Of a DNA stretch of 46,780 nt, positions 35,363 to 42,909 are shown piece after piece. Both the position numbers and the translations under genes were made by a program. The notes below the pieces were generated by a model that was not told where the DNA came from, did no database searches, and worked only from the letters and a program-made list of their open reading frames with translations. The stretch lies in assembly GCA_903822115.1 (NCBI GenBank), contig CAIJNU010000040.1:1-46780 (forward strand), given 5' to 3'. The DNA comes from an uncultured Candidatus Peregrinibacteria bacterium (lineage in GTDB: Bacteria > Patescibacteriota > Gracilibacteria > Peribacterales > Peribacteraceae). How positions within the stretch are numbered: the stretch's first letter is position 1; the number at the start of each line of letters is the position of its first letter.

Positions 35363-36031
35363 TCAGGGCTTGAGCGGAGAGGAGAGGGGAACGAAAGCCA
35401 CGTGGGAACCGACGTTCATGTCATCTGCAAATGCTTGAGCCATGGCGGGGGGAATGCCGGAGACGGTGATAGCGGAGCTCTGTCCGTCCGTCTTCGTGAT
35501 GGAGAGCGTTGTGACGAGATGGTGTCGAACCGTCAGAGCGAGGATTTTCCCGACGTTCGCCGTGCAAACCTTCTTCCAGATTGCCGCGCCCTCGGGCGTA
35601 AAGATGAGGGTGGCCGAGGCTTTGCCATCCTTATCGGCGGCGTTAGCGACGGTCTTCGCGATATCCTTTTCCGTGATGCCGCTTCCCTTCAGCGCGCCGA
35701 ACTTCTCCACGGTTATCTCCGCGTCGGCGGCCGTAGCCTGCGTCATGATGCTGAAGTTCAGGGGGGTCGCGAGTTGCTTGGTCAGTGTGTCCGCCACGTC
35801 TGATGGAAGGAAGACGCTGATGACGGAACCCGAGGCGTTGAGCACGGCGCTCTTCGAGGCTTCGGGCTGCTTGAGAGCCAGGAGTCGTCCCTGCACTGCG
35901 CGCAGCGCAGCGGGCGCGAGATCGCTTGCGAGCGAAGGATCCGAGTATCGGAGCTCATACGAAACGATGCCGCTCTTCACACATCCGCTGAGGAGCAACA
36001 GCGCGCCGAAAACAAAAGTCATGCGTTTCAC
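35363..36031 (-). CDS. Lipoprotein with a SecD-P1-like periplasmic domain
   Basis: It has a lipobox (LLLSGCV). LIFTPEGAAIWKKVCTANVGKILALTVRHHLVTTLSI...AITVSGIPPAMAQAFADDMNVG aligns with the secD segment ILFDDEGATLFQNLTKQNVGKRIAIFVGGQLVSAPTV...AVITGSKNFDEAKKLAQDLNTG. Confidence 0.7.
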   Translation of the reverse strand: MKRMTFVFGALLLLSGCVKSGIVSYELRYSDPSLASDLAPAALRAVQGRLLALKQPEASKSAVLNASGSVISVFLPSDVADTLTKQLATPLNFSIMTQATAADAEITVEKFGALKGSGITEKDIAKTVANAADKDGKASATLIFTPEGAAIWKKVCTANVGKILALTVRHHLVTTLSITKTDGQSSAITVSGIPPAMAQAFADDMNVGSHVAFVPLSSPLKP

Positions 36032-36079
36032 CCGCCGAGTCTAGGGACAAACTGTGCGCAGTGCAAACGCTTGGAGGGG

Positions 36080-37036
36080 CTACGTCAAGCGTAGGATCGT
36101 GCCCTCCCGCAGCATTTTCCCTGTCAGATCCACACCCTGAAGCATGCAGCTGTTGTCGATGACGCAATCTCGCAGGATGCAATCTCTGATTTCGCAATTC
36201 TCGAACACGATGCAGTTATGCAGTTCGCTCTTTCGGATGTGGCTCCCCCTTCCGATCGCAATTCCCCCGCTGCAGACGGAGTCGGTGACGGCTGCTCCCT
36301 CGGCGAGGAGTGTTTGCTCTCCCACAAGGAGGCGGTGCGCGGCGAGGTAGGAATCGAATGATCCGACATCGAGCCAAGGCTCCGTGAAGGTGAAGCAGCG
36401 GACGGGAATGTGATGGCGTAGAAACTCCTCGAAGATGCCGCCGATGTTGTCGGGGTGGAGAGCGGCGAAACTTTTCAGGACGGGGAGCGTTTCCTTCGGG
36501 ATCACGGAGCACCCCGTGGAGACGAGTGTCGTCTTGGGGTTCAGGGGCTTTTCTTCGAATCCCGTCACGAGTGTCGAGTCTTGGGGGTCGGTGATCACCG
36601 TACCGAAGAGCGCGGCCTTCGAGAGATTCTTCAAATCGTGCGCTGCAAGGAGAGGGGTGCCCTGCTGGTAAGCGGCGAGGAATTGTTCCATGGAAAATCC
36701 GAGGTAGTTGTCGCCGGTGAGCAGCAATACATCCTCTTCGATGTTTTCCTGGGCGATCCATTCCGCGAGTGCGCCGAGCGCCCCCGTCTTCTGCCGATCC
36801 GATTTGCTCTCCTCCACCACGAGAGAGACGGGACGGTTCAAGATCGCGATCCACGCGCGGAAACCTTCCGCGAAGGCGGCGTTTGTGCTCACGGTCACCG
36901 GGAAGTCTGCGGGGATTGCGTTGATAAGGTGCTCGATGATCGGATGCCCTGCGAGAGGGAGGAGCGGCTTAGCGCGCTTCTCCGTCAGCGGCCAAAGTCG
37001 CGTCGCGAAGCCTCCGGCGAGGATGAAGGTTTGCAT
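36080..37036 (-). CDS. Sugar-phosphate nucleotidyltransferase with a C-terminal left-handed beta-helix
   Basis: ILAGGFATRLWPLTEKRAKPLLPLAG is the NTP_transferase signature, and the C-terminus has hexapeptide-repeat character. Confidence 0.85.
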   Translation of the reverse strand: MQTFILAGGFATRLWPLTEKRAKPLLPLAGHPIIEHLINAIPADFPVTVSTNAAFAEGFRAWIAILNRPVSLVVEESKSDRQKTGALGALAEWIAQENIEEDVLLLTGDNYLGFSMEQFLAAYQQGTPLLAAHDLKNLSKAALFGTVITDPQDSTLVTGFEEKPLNPKTTLVSTGCSVIPKETLPVLKSFAALHPDNIGGIFEEFLRHHIPVRCFTFTEPWLDVGSFDSYLAAHRLLVGEQTLLAEGAAVTDSVCSGGIAIGRGSHIRKSELHNCIVFENCEIRDCILRDCVIDNSCMLQGVDLTGKMLREGTILRLT

Positions 37037-37041
37037 GGATT

Positions 37042-37833
37042 TCAGGCGGATCGACCTTGCGGTCGTACGATCATCACGGCGACATTCTCGAGCGATTCCA
37101 CCCGCTCATCACGTTCCACGATGCCGAGGACCGAGGGGAGCAGGAGGTAGGTGAGGGAACGATTCCGGCAGACCGAGAGGAGATTGAGGGACTGTTCGAG
37201 GTCGCTGCACTGGATGAGGTGCGAGATGTGGAAGCGCTCCAGCGTCTCCTCGAGTTTGTCGAGCTTCCCGATCACCGGGACACCGTGCAGTGTCATCAGG
37301 GATGTTCCTCTCCCGTCGAGAATCGCCACGGGCTTGAGCGGATTCTTCCTGCGCTGCAGCATCTCGATGAGCTTGGCGGCTTCCCGAGTGGCGCCGACGA
37401 TGAGCGTCGGGAATGCCGCGGGATCTCGCCAGAGGGAACGACGTGCAATGAACGTGAAGATCATGTGCCAGATCCAGAGGATGATCGTCGAGAAGAGGAG
37501 CGCTTCGACGAGAAGGAGTCGGCTCGTGAAGAGGTCGTAGGCGAAGAAGTAGGCGAGGGAGAAGAGAGCGATGCCCACGACGTTCGACCAGACGAGGGAG
37601 AGGAAGTGCCGCAGATCCGTCTGTGTCTCCGTCAGGCGAAACGTTCTCTGGGATATCTGGATGATGAGCCACAGCGGCGCGGTGACGATGACGATCGTGA
37701 GGAAGGGCGCGAAGGGGAAATTTGAGGAGAAGATCCACCCGACGCGTACGAAGTAAGCGAGGACGAAGCTCCCGATGAAGAGGAGCGCATCGCTGCCAAG
37801 CCACAGGAAGAGGAGGAATCGGTGACGTGCCAT
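37042..37833 (-). CDS. N-terminal (TM plus Rossmann-like) portion of a polyprenyl glycosylphosphotransferase; the catalytic domain is absent
   Basis: Four TM helices are followed by TLIVGATREAAKLIEMLQRRKNPLKPVAILDGRG...VPVIGKLDKLEE, as in WbaP/WcaJ-type enzymes. The ORF stops before the sugar-transferase domain. Confidence 0.6.
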   Translation of the reverse strand: MARHRFLLFLWLGSDALLFIGSFVLAYFVRVGWIFSSNFPFAPFLTIVIVTAPLWLIIQISQRTFRLTETQTDLRHFLSLVWSNVVGIALFSLAYFFAYDLFTSRLLLVEALLFSTIILWIWHMIFTFIARRSLWRDPAAFPTLIVGATREAAKLIEMLQRRKNPLKPVAILDGRGTSLMTLHGVPVIGKLDKLEETLERFHISHLIQCSDLEQSLNLLSVCRNRSLTYLLLPSVLGIVERDERVESLENVAVMIVRPQGRSA

Positions 37834-37848
37834 GGCGCTAGGATATCA

Positions 37849-38682
37849 TTACTTGCTCCTTGCCCAAGCGACCTTCGGCGCGCCGGTCCATTGGTACGGA
37901 AGTTTCGTGGTGTCCCACGGGATATCACTTGAATTCCAAACGTAGGTGCTGCGGGCGTAAGAGGGCAGGGATCCGAAGAGATAGTTCTGGAGCCAGAGGT
38001 ATTTCTGCGCGAGTGCGGGATTAGTTTTTGCCATCTTCGCGAAGGTGTCGCGGTGTAGAAGGAAGAAGGTCGCGCTCTCCGCCTCGTCCTCGAACGGATC
38101 CGATGCGGCGTAGCCGGAGACGAAATCGTCCCCCTGAGAGTCGGTCTTTCGCTCCTTCGATGTACGCCAGGAAATCTGGTAGAAGAGCGTGCTGGGATCG
38201 TTCTTGAAGATCGGTGTCGTGCCATCCATAAATGCGCTGGCACCGCTCGAAGGCGTTCCTTGAATGCATCCGAGATCGGCGACGTGCCCGAGGATCTCGT
38301 GGACGAGGAGAGCGCGGAATTCATTATTCGGAACGCTGCCGCTCACGATGATCGTATCTTTCCCCGCGAGTCCGCGGTTGGAGGGATTGTCGTAGCGGAC
38401 ATAGAAGTTGCGGATGCTGTCCTCGCAACCGGCGGGGAGGAGAGAGAGAATCTGCTCGATGATCGCGCGTTGCTGAGAGGGGATGGCAGTCTGTTTCGCG
38501 ATTAGTGCGGAGAGAGGGGGATCGGAGGGCGTGCGGACAATCGTGACGATTGCCACAGGAGTGGCGGCAGGATGCGTACTTGACCTTGCGAAATCAGTGC
38601 TCCGTGCTACGCTCCTTGGCAGGAAGAGCGTCGCCGAGAGCAGGAGACTGATGGCGATGGAGAAGAGGAACCTCGTTTTCAT
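37849..38682 (-). CDS. Secreted hypothetical protein
   Basis: It has a signal peptide (LFSIAISLLLSATLFLP). It contains HEILGH, which is HEx3H rather than canonical HExxH, so I make no peptidase call. Confidence 0.6.
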   Translation of the reverse strand: MKTRFLFSIAISLLLSATLFLPRSVARSTDFARSSTHPAATPVAIVTIVRTPSDPPLSALIAKQTAIPSQQRAIIEQILSLLPAGCEDSIRNFYVRYDNPSNRGLAGKDTIIVSGSVPNNEFRALLVHEILGHVADLGCIQGTPSSGASAFMDGTTPIFKNDPSTLFYQISWRTSKERKTDSQGDDFVSGYAASDPFEDEAESATFFLLHRDTFAKMAKTNPALAQKYLWLQNYLFGSLPSYARSTYVWNSSDIPWDTTKLPYQWTGAPKVAWARSK

Positions 38683-38723
38683 GCAGGAAAGAAAGTGATA
38701 ATTTATATACTATTTATTGTTAG

Positions 38724-40172
38724 ATGTCAATACCCTCACAGGTAGCGCCAGGACAGTCGCATAGCGTCACTATTGAGAAAGTGACGTTCGGCGGTGCAGG
38801 CCTTACCCACATCGACGGCCTCCCGGTTTTCGTCACCGATGCCATTCCCGGCCAGGTGGTGGAAATCGTCATTACGAAGAAGAAGGACTCCTTCGCCGAG
38901 GCGAAGGTGCAGAAACTCATCCGCAAGGCGAAGGACGAGGTGCTTCCCCGCTGTCCGCACTTCCACGACTGCGGGGGATGCGTGTGGCAGAACCTCCCCT
39001 ACGACAAGCAGATCGACTACAAGGAGGAGATCGTCCGCGAGACGCTGTCGCACCTCACACCCATCGACGAAGCGGATCGCAAGAATCTCCCCGGTCGTGT
39101 GATGAAGATCATCCCGAGTCCGCAGGTCTTCCACTATCGTAATAAGATGGAGTTCAGCTTCGGCTTTGGCGAGATGCGCACGGAAGAGCAGGGGGGACGG
39201 CGCATTCATTTTGACGAGAAGCCGACGATCGGATTTCACAAGCCCGGCCAGTGGTCGACGGTGTTCCCCATTACCGAATGTCACCTCTATGACGAGCAGG
39301 TCGGCATGCTCCTCTCGCAGGTGCGCACCTTCATGCAGGAGACGCGGCTGCCCGTGTTCAATCCCAAGACGCAGAAAGGAATGCTGCGCACGCTGCTCCT
39401 CCGTCGTGGCATTCACACCGGAGAGCAGATGATCTGTTTTCTCGTGCAGGCGCGCAAGAAGGAGCTCGAGCCCCTCTTCCAGACGTTCATCCGTTTCTTC
39501 GGCGGTCGTTCTCACCTCGCCTCCCTCCTCGTCGTGGAGCACATGGGCGCCAACGATAAGCCGGACTTCCCGAAGGTGCACTGCCTCTACGGGAAGACGA
39601 CCATCACCGAGCGGCTCTTCGATCTTTCCTTCGAGATCTCACCGTTCTCCTTCTTCCAGACGAACACGTTCGGAGCGGAGAAGCTCTACCGCGCGATTGC
39701 GGACGCCGCCGAGCTCACGATGCGCGACACCGTTCTCGACGCGTACTGCGGTATGGGCACGATCGGCCAGTACCTCGCGCGCTTCTGCCAGAAGGTGGTC
39801 GGTGTCGAGAGCCATCCTTCCGCCATCGATGACGCGCTGCGCAGCGCGGGAAAGAATCGCATCGGCAATATCAGCTTCTACAAGGGGAAGGCGGAGCAGG
39901 TGCTGCACCAGCAGTTGAAGGCGGGTGGGAAGTACGCATTTGACGTCATCGTCGTCGATCCTCCGCGGCCCGGCCTCCATCCCGCGGCGCGAGAAGCCAT
40001 CATCGACCACAAGGCGAAGAAGATTGTGTACGTTTCCTGCAACACGGCGACGTTCGCGCGCGACCTCGGGGATTTTCTGAAGGCGGGGTACGAGTTGCGC
40101 ACCGTGCAGCCCGTCGATCTCTTTCCGCACACATCGCACATCGAGACCGTCGCACTTTTGCAGAGGAAGTAA
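38724..40172 (+). CDS. RumA/TrmA-family RNA (uracil-5-)-methyltransferase
   Basis: It has an N-terminal TRAM domain, the Fe-S cysteines CPHFHDCGGCVWQ, and the SAM MTase motifs DAYCGMGTIG and VVVDPPRPGL. Confidence 0.9.
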   Translation: MSIPSQVAPGQSHSVTIEKVTFGGAGLTHIDGLPVFVTDAIPGQVVEIVITKKKDSFAEAKVQKLIRKAKDEVLPRCPHFHDCGGCVWQNLPYDKQIDYKEEIVRETLSHLTPIDEADRKNLPGRVMKIIPSPQVFHYRNKMEFSFGFGEMRTEEQGGRRIHFDEKPTIGFHKPGQWSTVFPITECHLYDEQVGMLLSQVRTFMQETRLPVFNPKTQKGMLRTLLLRRGIHTGEQMICFLVQARKKELEPLFQTFIRFFGGRSHLASLLVVEHMGANDKPDFPKVHCLYGKTTITERLFDLSFEISPFSFFQTNTFGAEKLYRAIADAAELTMRDTVLDAYCGMGTIGQYLARFCQKVVGVESHPSAIDDALRSAGKNRIGNISFYKGKAEQVLHQQLKAGGKYAFDVIVVDPPRPGLHPAAREAIIDHKAKKIVYVSCNTATFARDLGDFLKAGYELRTVQPVDLFPHTSHIETVALLQRK

Positions 40173-40222
40173 CTTGATGGATGAGTAGGTCTTGGGGTGG
40201 CGAATCTATTTTCGTTTTTCGA

Positions 40223-40246
40223 TCTTCTTGCGAGAAGAGTTTTTTT
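40223..40246 (+). terminator. Weak intrinsic terminator of the methyltransferase gene
   Basis: TCTTCT-TGCG-AGAAGA (6-bp stem) is followed by GTTTTTTT. Confidence 0.5.
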
Positions 40247-40354
40247 GTGGGGGACCAGGGAACCTTGTTCGGTTCCCTAGGTCCTCCACACCCCCTTTAC
40301 CCTCCTAACGGTAACAATTTGTGGAACTTTCAGAGAGAGTGAGAGGGTATCCAG
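40247..40354 (+). repeat. Copy B of the ~107-nt structured repeat
   Basis: It matches the reverse complement of 1..107. The hairpin is GGGGGACCAGGGAACC-TTGTTC-GGTTCCCTAGGTCCTCC. Confidence 0.85.
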
Positions 40355-40500
40355 TGGGAACCATGGAATTTTGTTTATTTGATGCGCTGCGGCGCAAAAC
40401 AAAACATCACACACTCACAAAGCCGGAGCGCGCAACACGGGGTGGAATAGCCGTTGGAGGATTCATTCTACGAAGCATTGTTGCGCGAGCACTTTCTTTC

Positions 40501-40533
40501 CGCCTTTCTTTCTTGCCCTGAGAAAGAAAGGCG
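40501..40533. other. Perfect 13-bp polypyrimidine/polypurine hairpin
   Basis: The sequence is CGCCTTTCTTTCT-TGCCCTG-AGAAAGAAAGGCG. It is followed by a related 6-bp hairpin, TGTCCT-GAAAAAGA-AGGACA, at 40541..40560. Confidence 0.8.
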
Positions 40534-40611
40534 AATCCCTTGTCCTGAAAAAGAAGGACATGTATTTCTGGACAACAGTGCTATCCTGACAGCCGTCTTT
40601 CCGGTTTTTCT

Positions 40612-41211
40612 TTGGTTATTCGTAAGCGCTCGGGGTCGCACACACTCGTGCTTCTCCTCCTCCTCGTTCTCCTGCCGCTCGGCATTCTCCTCGTTTCCTG
40701 CTCGCCTGCATCGCCTTCGAAGGCGGGGGAGACGTATCGAAACGACGCGGGAAAGTTTGCGATCGATTACACTTCGTCCTTGGCCGTGCGCGAGTATCCG
40801 ACAACGAAGGATGGCGCGGGATTTGGGCCTGTCGGAATGGCGGCGGATCCGGCGAACGAGGTCATGGCGATCTCCTTTCTCGATTATCCCTCGGCAGACA
40901 CTCCTATCGTGCGTTCCTCTTTCGAGGGCAAGGGCACGGTTTTCTCCGAGTATGTGAAGACCATTGCGACGAAGATGATCGAAAGCTTCATCGCGCTTCA
41001 GTCGATCAAGTCCGTCCCCTCGACCGCAGGAGGCACCTGCTACGAGACGACGTGGCAGCAGCGCCAGCTCCCCGGCGTGGAGATCCGTGAATCGCTTCCC
41101 ATCGTCTATTGCTACGCGGATGCTTCGCATGTGATCCAGTTCAGCCTAGAGAAGAAAGAATTCCTCAGTGTGTTCGAAGAGATGGCGCGTAGCATCAGAG
41201 TGGTGAAATAG
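40612..41211 (+). CDS. Hypothetical lipoprotein
   Basis: It has a basic N-terminus, a hydrophobic core and the lipobox LLVSCSP. The start is TTG and I recognise no family. Confidence 0.55.
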   Translation: MVIRKRSGSHTLVLLLLLVLLPLGILLVSCSPASPSKAGETYRNDAGKFAIDYTSSLAVREYPTTKDGAGFGPVGMAADPANEVMAISFLDYPSADTPIVRSSFEGKGTVFSEYVKTIATKMIESFIALQSIKSVPSTAGGTCYETTWQQRQLPGVEIRESLPIVYCYADASHVIQFSLEKKEFLSVFEEMARSIRVVK

Positions 41212-41259
41212 AAGAAATTTACGAGATCGGCGGATGCTGGATGGGAGTAGGATGCGTCC

Positions 41260-41724
41260 ATGCGCCGCGTTACATTGCTCTGCGTCGGTCGTCTCTCTTC
41301 TCCGTGGATCGCCGACGGATGTCGTCAGTACATTCAGCGCCTGAAGCCGCTCGTCTCGCTTGATGTGCACGAGCTCGATGCGAGCCGTGAGAAGGATGCA
41401 ACGCGGCAGAGCAAGGAGGAGTCGCTTCACCTCCTCTCGGCCATGGCGAAGCACAGGGGAGATACGATCCTGCTCGACGAGCGCGGGACAGCGATGACGT
41501 CGCAGGAGTTCGCGAAGTTTCTCGAGCAGCTCTTCGATAGGGGAGAGACGGCGGAGTTCGTGATCGGCGGAGCGTATGGCGTGGATGACAGCGTGCGCAA
41601 CGCCGCGAAGAAGACCATTCGCCTCTCGGACATGACACTCCCCCATGAGCTCTGTCGCGTCGTCTTCTTCGAGCAGCTCTATCGGGCGCTGCAGATCATG
41701 AAGGGGAGTGGGTATCATCACTAA
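41260..41724 (+). CDS. rlmH: 23S rRNA (pseudouridine1915-N3)-methyltransferase
   Basis: It has the SPOUT/YbeA pattern: ...FVIGGAYGVDDSV...IRLSDMTLPHELCRVVFFEQLYRA, at about 155 aa. Confidence 0.9.
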   Translation: MRRVTLLCVGRLSSPWIADGCRQYIQRLKPLVSLDVHELDASREKDATRQSKEESLHLLSAMAKHRGDTILLDERGTAMTSQEFAKFLEQLFDRGETAEFVIGGAYGVDDSVRNAAKKTIRLSDMTLPHELCRVVFFEQLYRALQIMKGSGYHH

Positions 41725-41767
41725 AAGCGGGAGACGTTGCTCTTCATTTGATTCTCTTTATACTTGT

Positions 41768-41805
41768 AGCCCCATCGTCCTTCGACTGAGTTCGAGATGG
41801 TGGCT
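41768..41805 (+). other. tRNA-like minihelix repeat, unit 1
   Basis: AGCCCCATCGTCCTTCGACTGAGTTCGAGATGGTGGCT has ends that pair (AGCC-CCATC with GATGG-T-GGCT) and TTCGA in the loop. Its first 12 nt match the 5' end of the downstream tRNA at 11 of 12 positions. Confidence 0.6.
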
Positions 41806-41842
41806 TGTTCTTTTCCCCTGTTCATTCGTACTTCTGTTGCTA

Positions 41843-41885
41843 AGCCCCATCGCCCTTCGACAAGCTCAGGACGATGGCTTCGGCT
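41843..41885 (+). other. tRNA-like minihelix repeat, unit 2
   Basis: In AGCCCCATCGCCCTTCGACAAGCTCAGGACGATGGCTTCGGCT, the stem CCATCGCCC/GGACGATGG has one mismatch and TTCGA lies in the loop. A T-rich tail follows. Confidence 0.6.
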
Positions 41886-41906
41886 TCACTGCTCTTTTCT
41901 TCTTAC

Positions 41907-41981
41907 GGCCCCATCGTCTAGTGGCTAGGACATCAGGTTCTCATCCTGAAAACCGGGGTTCAATTCCCCGTGGGGCTGCCA
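41907..41981 (+). tRNA. tRNA-Glu (anticodon CUC), CCA encoded
   Basis: It folds by hand into a cloverleaf: acceptor GGCCCCA/TGGGGCT, D arm GTCT-AGTGGCTA-GGAC, anticodon arm TCAGG-TTCTCAT-CCTGA, T arm CGGGG-TTCAATT-CCCCG, then GCCA. Confidence 0.9.
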
Positions 41982-42104
41982 TTCTCGTGAAGGACAAACC
42001 TACGGTTTTTCCCTCACGGACATATTTTTCCCTCAGCGGTATCGCTCCAGGCAAGCGGAGCTTGCCTTCGCGGAATCTTTCTTAGAATTCTAGTGAGATA
42101 TCTC

Positions 42105-42353
42105 TCACCGCTTCTTCTCCATCTTCGCGTACTCCTTCTTCGTCACGAGCAGGAAGATGATGGGCAGGATGCCGAGCGAGTTGACGATCAGAAGCGCGAT
42201 GAACCAGATGTTCTTGCTCATGCGCGCGGCGCGCCACATGCCCCATCCTTTCATCGCGGCATCGAAGAGTGCCAGGACGATGATAATCCCAAGAAGCGGT
42301 CCGAGCCGCCCCGCGGCCATTGCCTGTGATGAGATGGAGAACATGGAGTGCAT
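42105..42353 (-). CDS. Small two-TM membrane protein (DUF5652-like)
   Basis: LLGIIIVLALFDAAMKGWGMWRAARMSKNIWFIALLIVNSLGILPIIFLL forms two TM helices around a KGW..W.AAR motif. The start is ATG 42353 or 42344; the ORF track extends to 42389. Confidence 0.65.
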   Translation of the reverse strand: MHSMFSISSQAMAAGRLGPLLGIIIVLALFDAAMKGWGMWRAARMSKNIWFIALLIVNSLGILPIIFLLVTKKEYAKMEKKR

Positions 42354-42413
42354 TGTAGCATAAACGCGAAAATTCTGGACTCTGCTCACTGTCCCCTATA
42401 GCATTGCTCACCT

Positions 42414-42812
42414 ATGAAAGGCTTCCACGCGAATATCGAACAGGAGACGATCAGCAATGAGAATTTCCGCAAGGTGCTCTATACGGGGCATCATAGTCAG
42501 TTGGTGTTGATGAGTTTGCTTCCCCTTGAGGAAATCGGCATGGAGGTGCATCCGGACAACGATCAGTTCTTCCGGTTTGAGAGGGGCGAGGGAAAGTGCA
42601 TCATCGACGGCAACGAGTACGCGGTGCGCGACGGATCCGCGATCGTCGTGCCGGCGGGTGCGCAGCACAATGTCATCAATACCTCCGCTACCGAGTCGCT
42701 CAAGCTCTACACCATCTACTCTCCGGCGCATCACAAGGATGGCATCGTCCGTGCGACCAAGCACGATGCCGAGACAAATGAGGAGGAATTCGAGGGCGAG
42801 ACGACGGAGTGA
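42414..42812 (+). CDS. Cupin-domain protein
   Basis: GMEVHPDNDQFFRFERGEGKCIIDGNEYAVRDGSAIVVPAGAQHNVINT carries the two cupin motifs. Confidence 0.85.
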   Translation: MKGFHANIEQETISNENFRKVLYTGHHSQLVLMSLLPLEEIGMEVHPDNDQFFRFERGEGKCIIDGNEYAVRDGSAIVVPAGAQHNVINTSATESLKLYTIYSPAHHKDGIVRATKHDAETNEEEFEGETTE

Positions 42813-42909
42813 AGTGCGGGTTTTTCCTTTATGGAAGGCGTTAATTCCCTTAACTCGTTCTTAAGGGTTGTCGTGCGAAAGTAATCGCGTACTTTTTCCC
42901 CTCTCTATT

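Noticed and set aside
32767-35373. An 868-aa ORF on the plus strand.
   Set aside because: It is exactly antisense to secD. Its composition (runs of D/E/G/R/H/A, for example HEEEERELEDREEHD) is not protein-like, while the minus-strand product has unambiguous SecD and parvulin motifs.
37849-38682. Zinc-metallopeptidase calls based on HE..H strings. The same applies to 29936..30715.
   Set aside because: On counting residues, the motifs are HEILGH (HEx3H) and HEAH (HExH), not HExxH. I therefore make no peptidase assignment.
40247-40354. The structured repeat as a CRISPR repeat, tmRNA or tRNA-like gene, or IS/MITE end.
   Set aside because: There is no tandem repeat-spacer organisation. There is no tmRNA tag ORF or acceptor/T-arm geometry; the TCCTCCACA only superficially resembles a tmRNA 3' end. 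I found no terminal inverted repeats, target duplications or nearby transposase.
40321-41130. ORF-track entries 40321..40521, 40454..40957 (plus strand) and 40468..41130 (minus strand).
   Set aside because: They translate hairpins and repeats into low-complexity peptides. They overlap each other and the better-supported lipoprotein ORF at 40612..41211, and none has a plausible start context.
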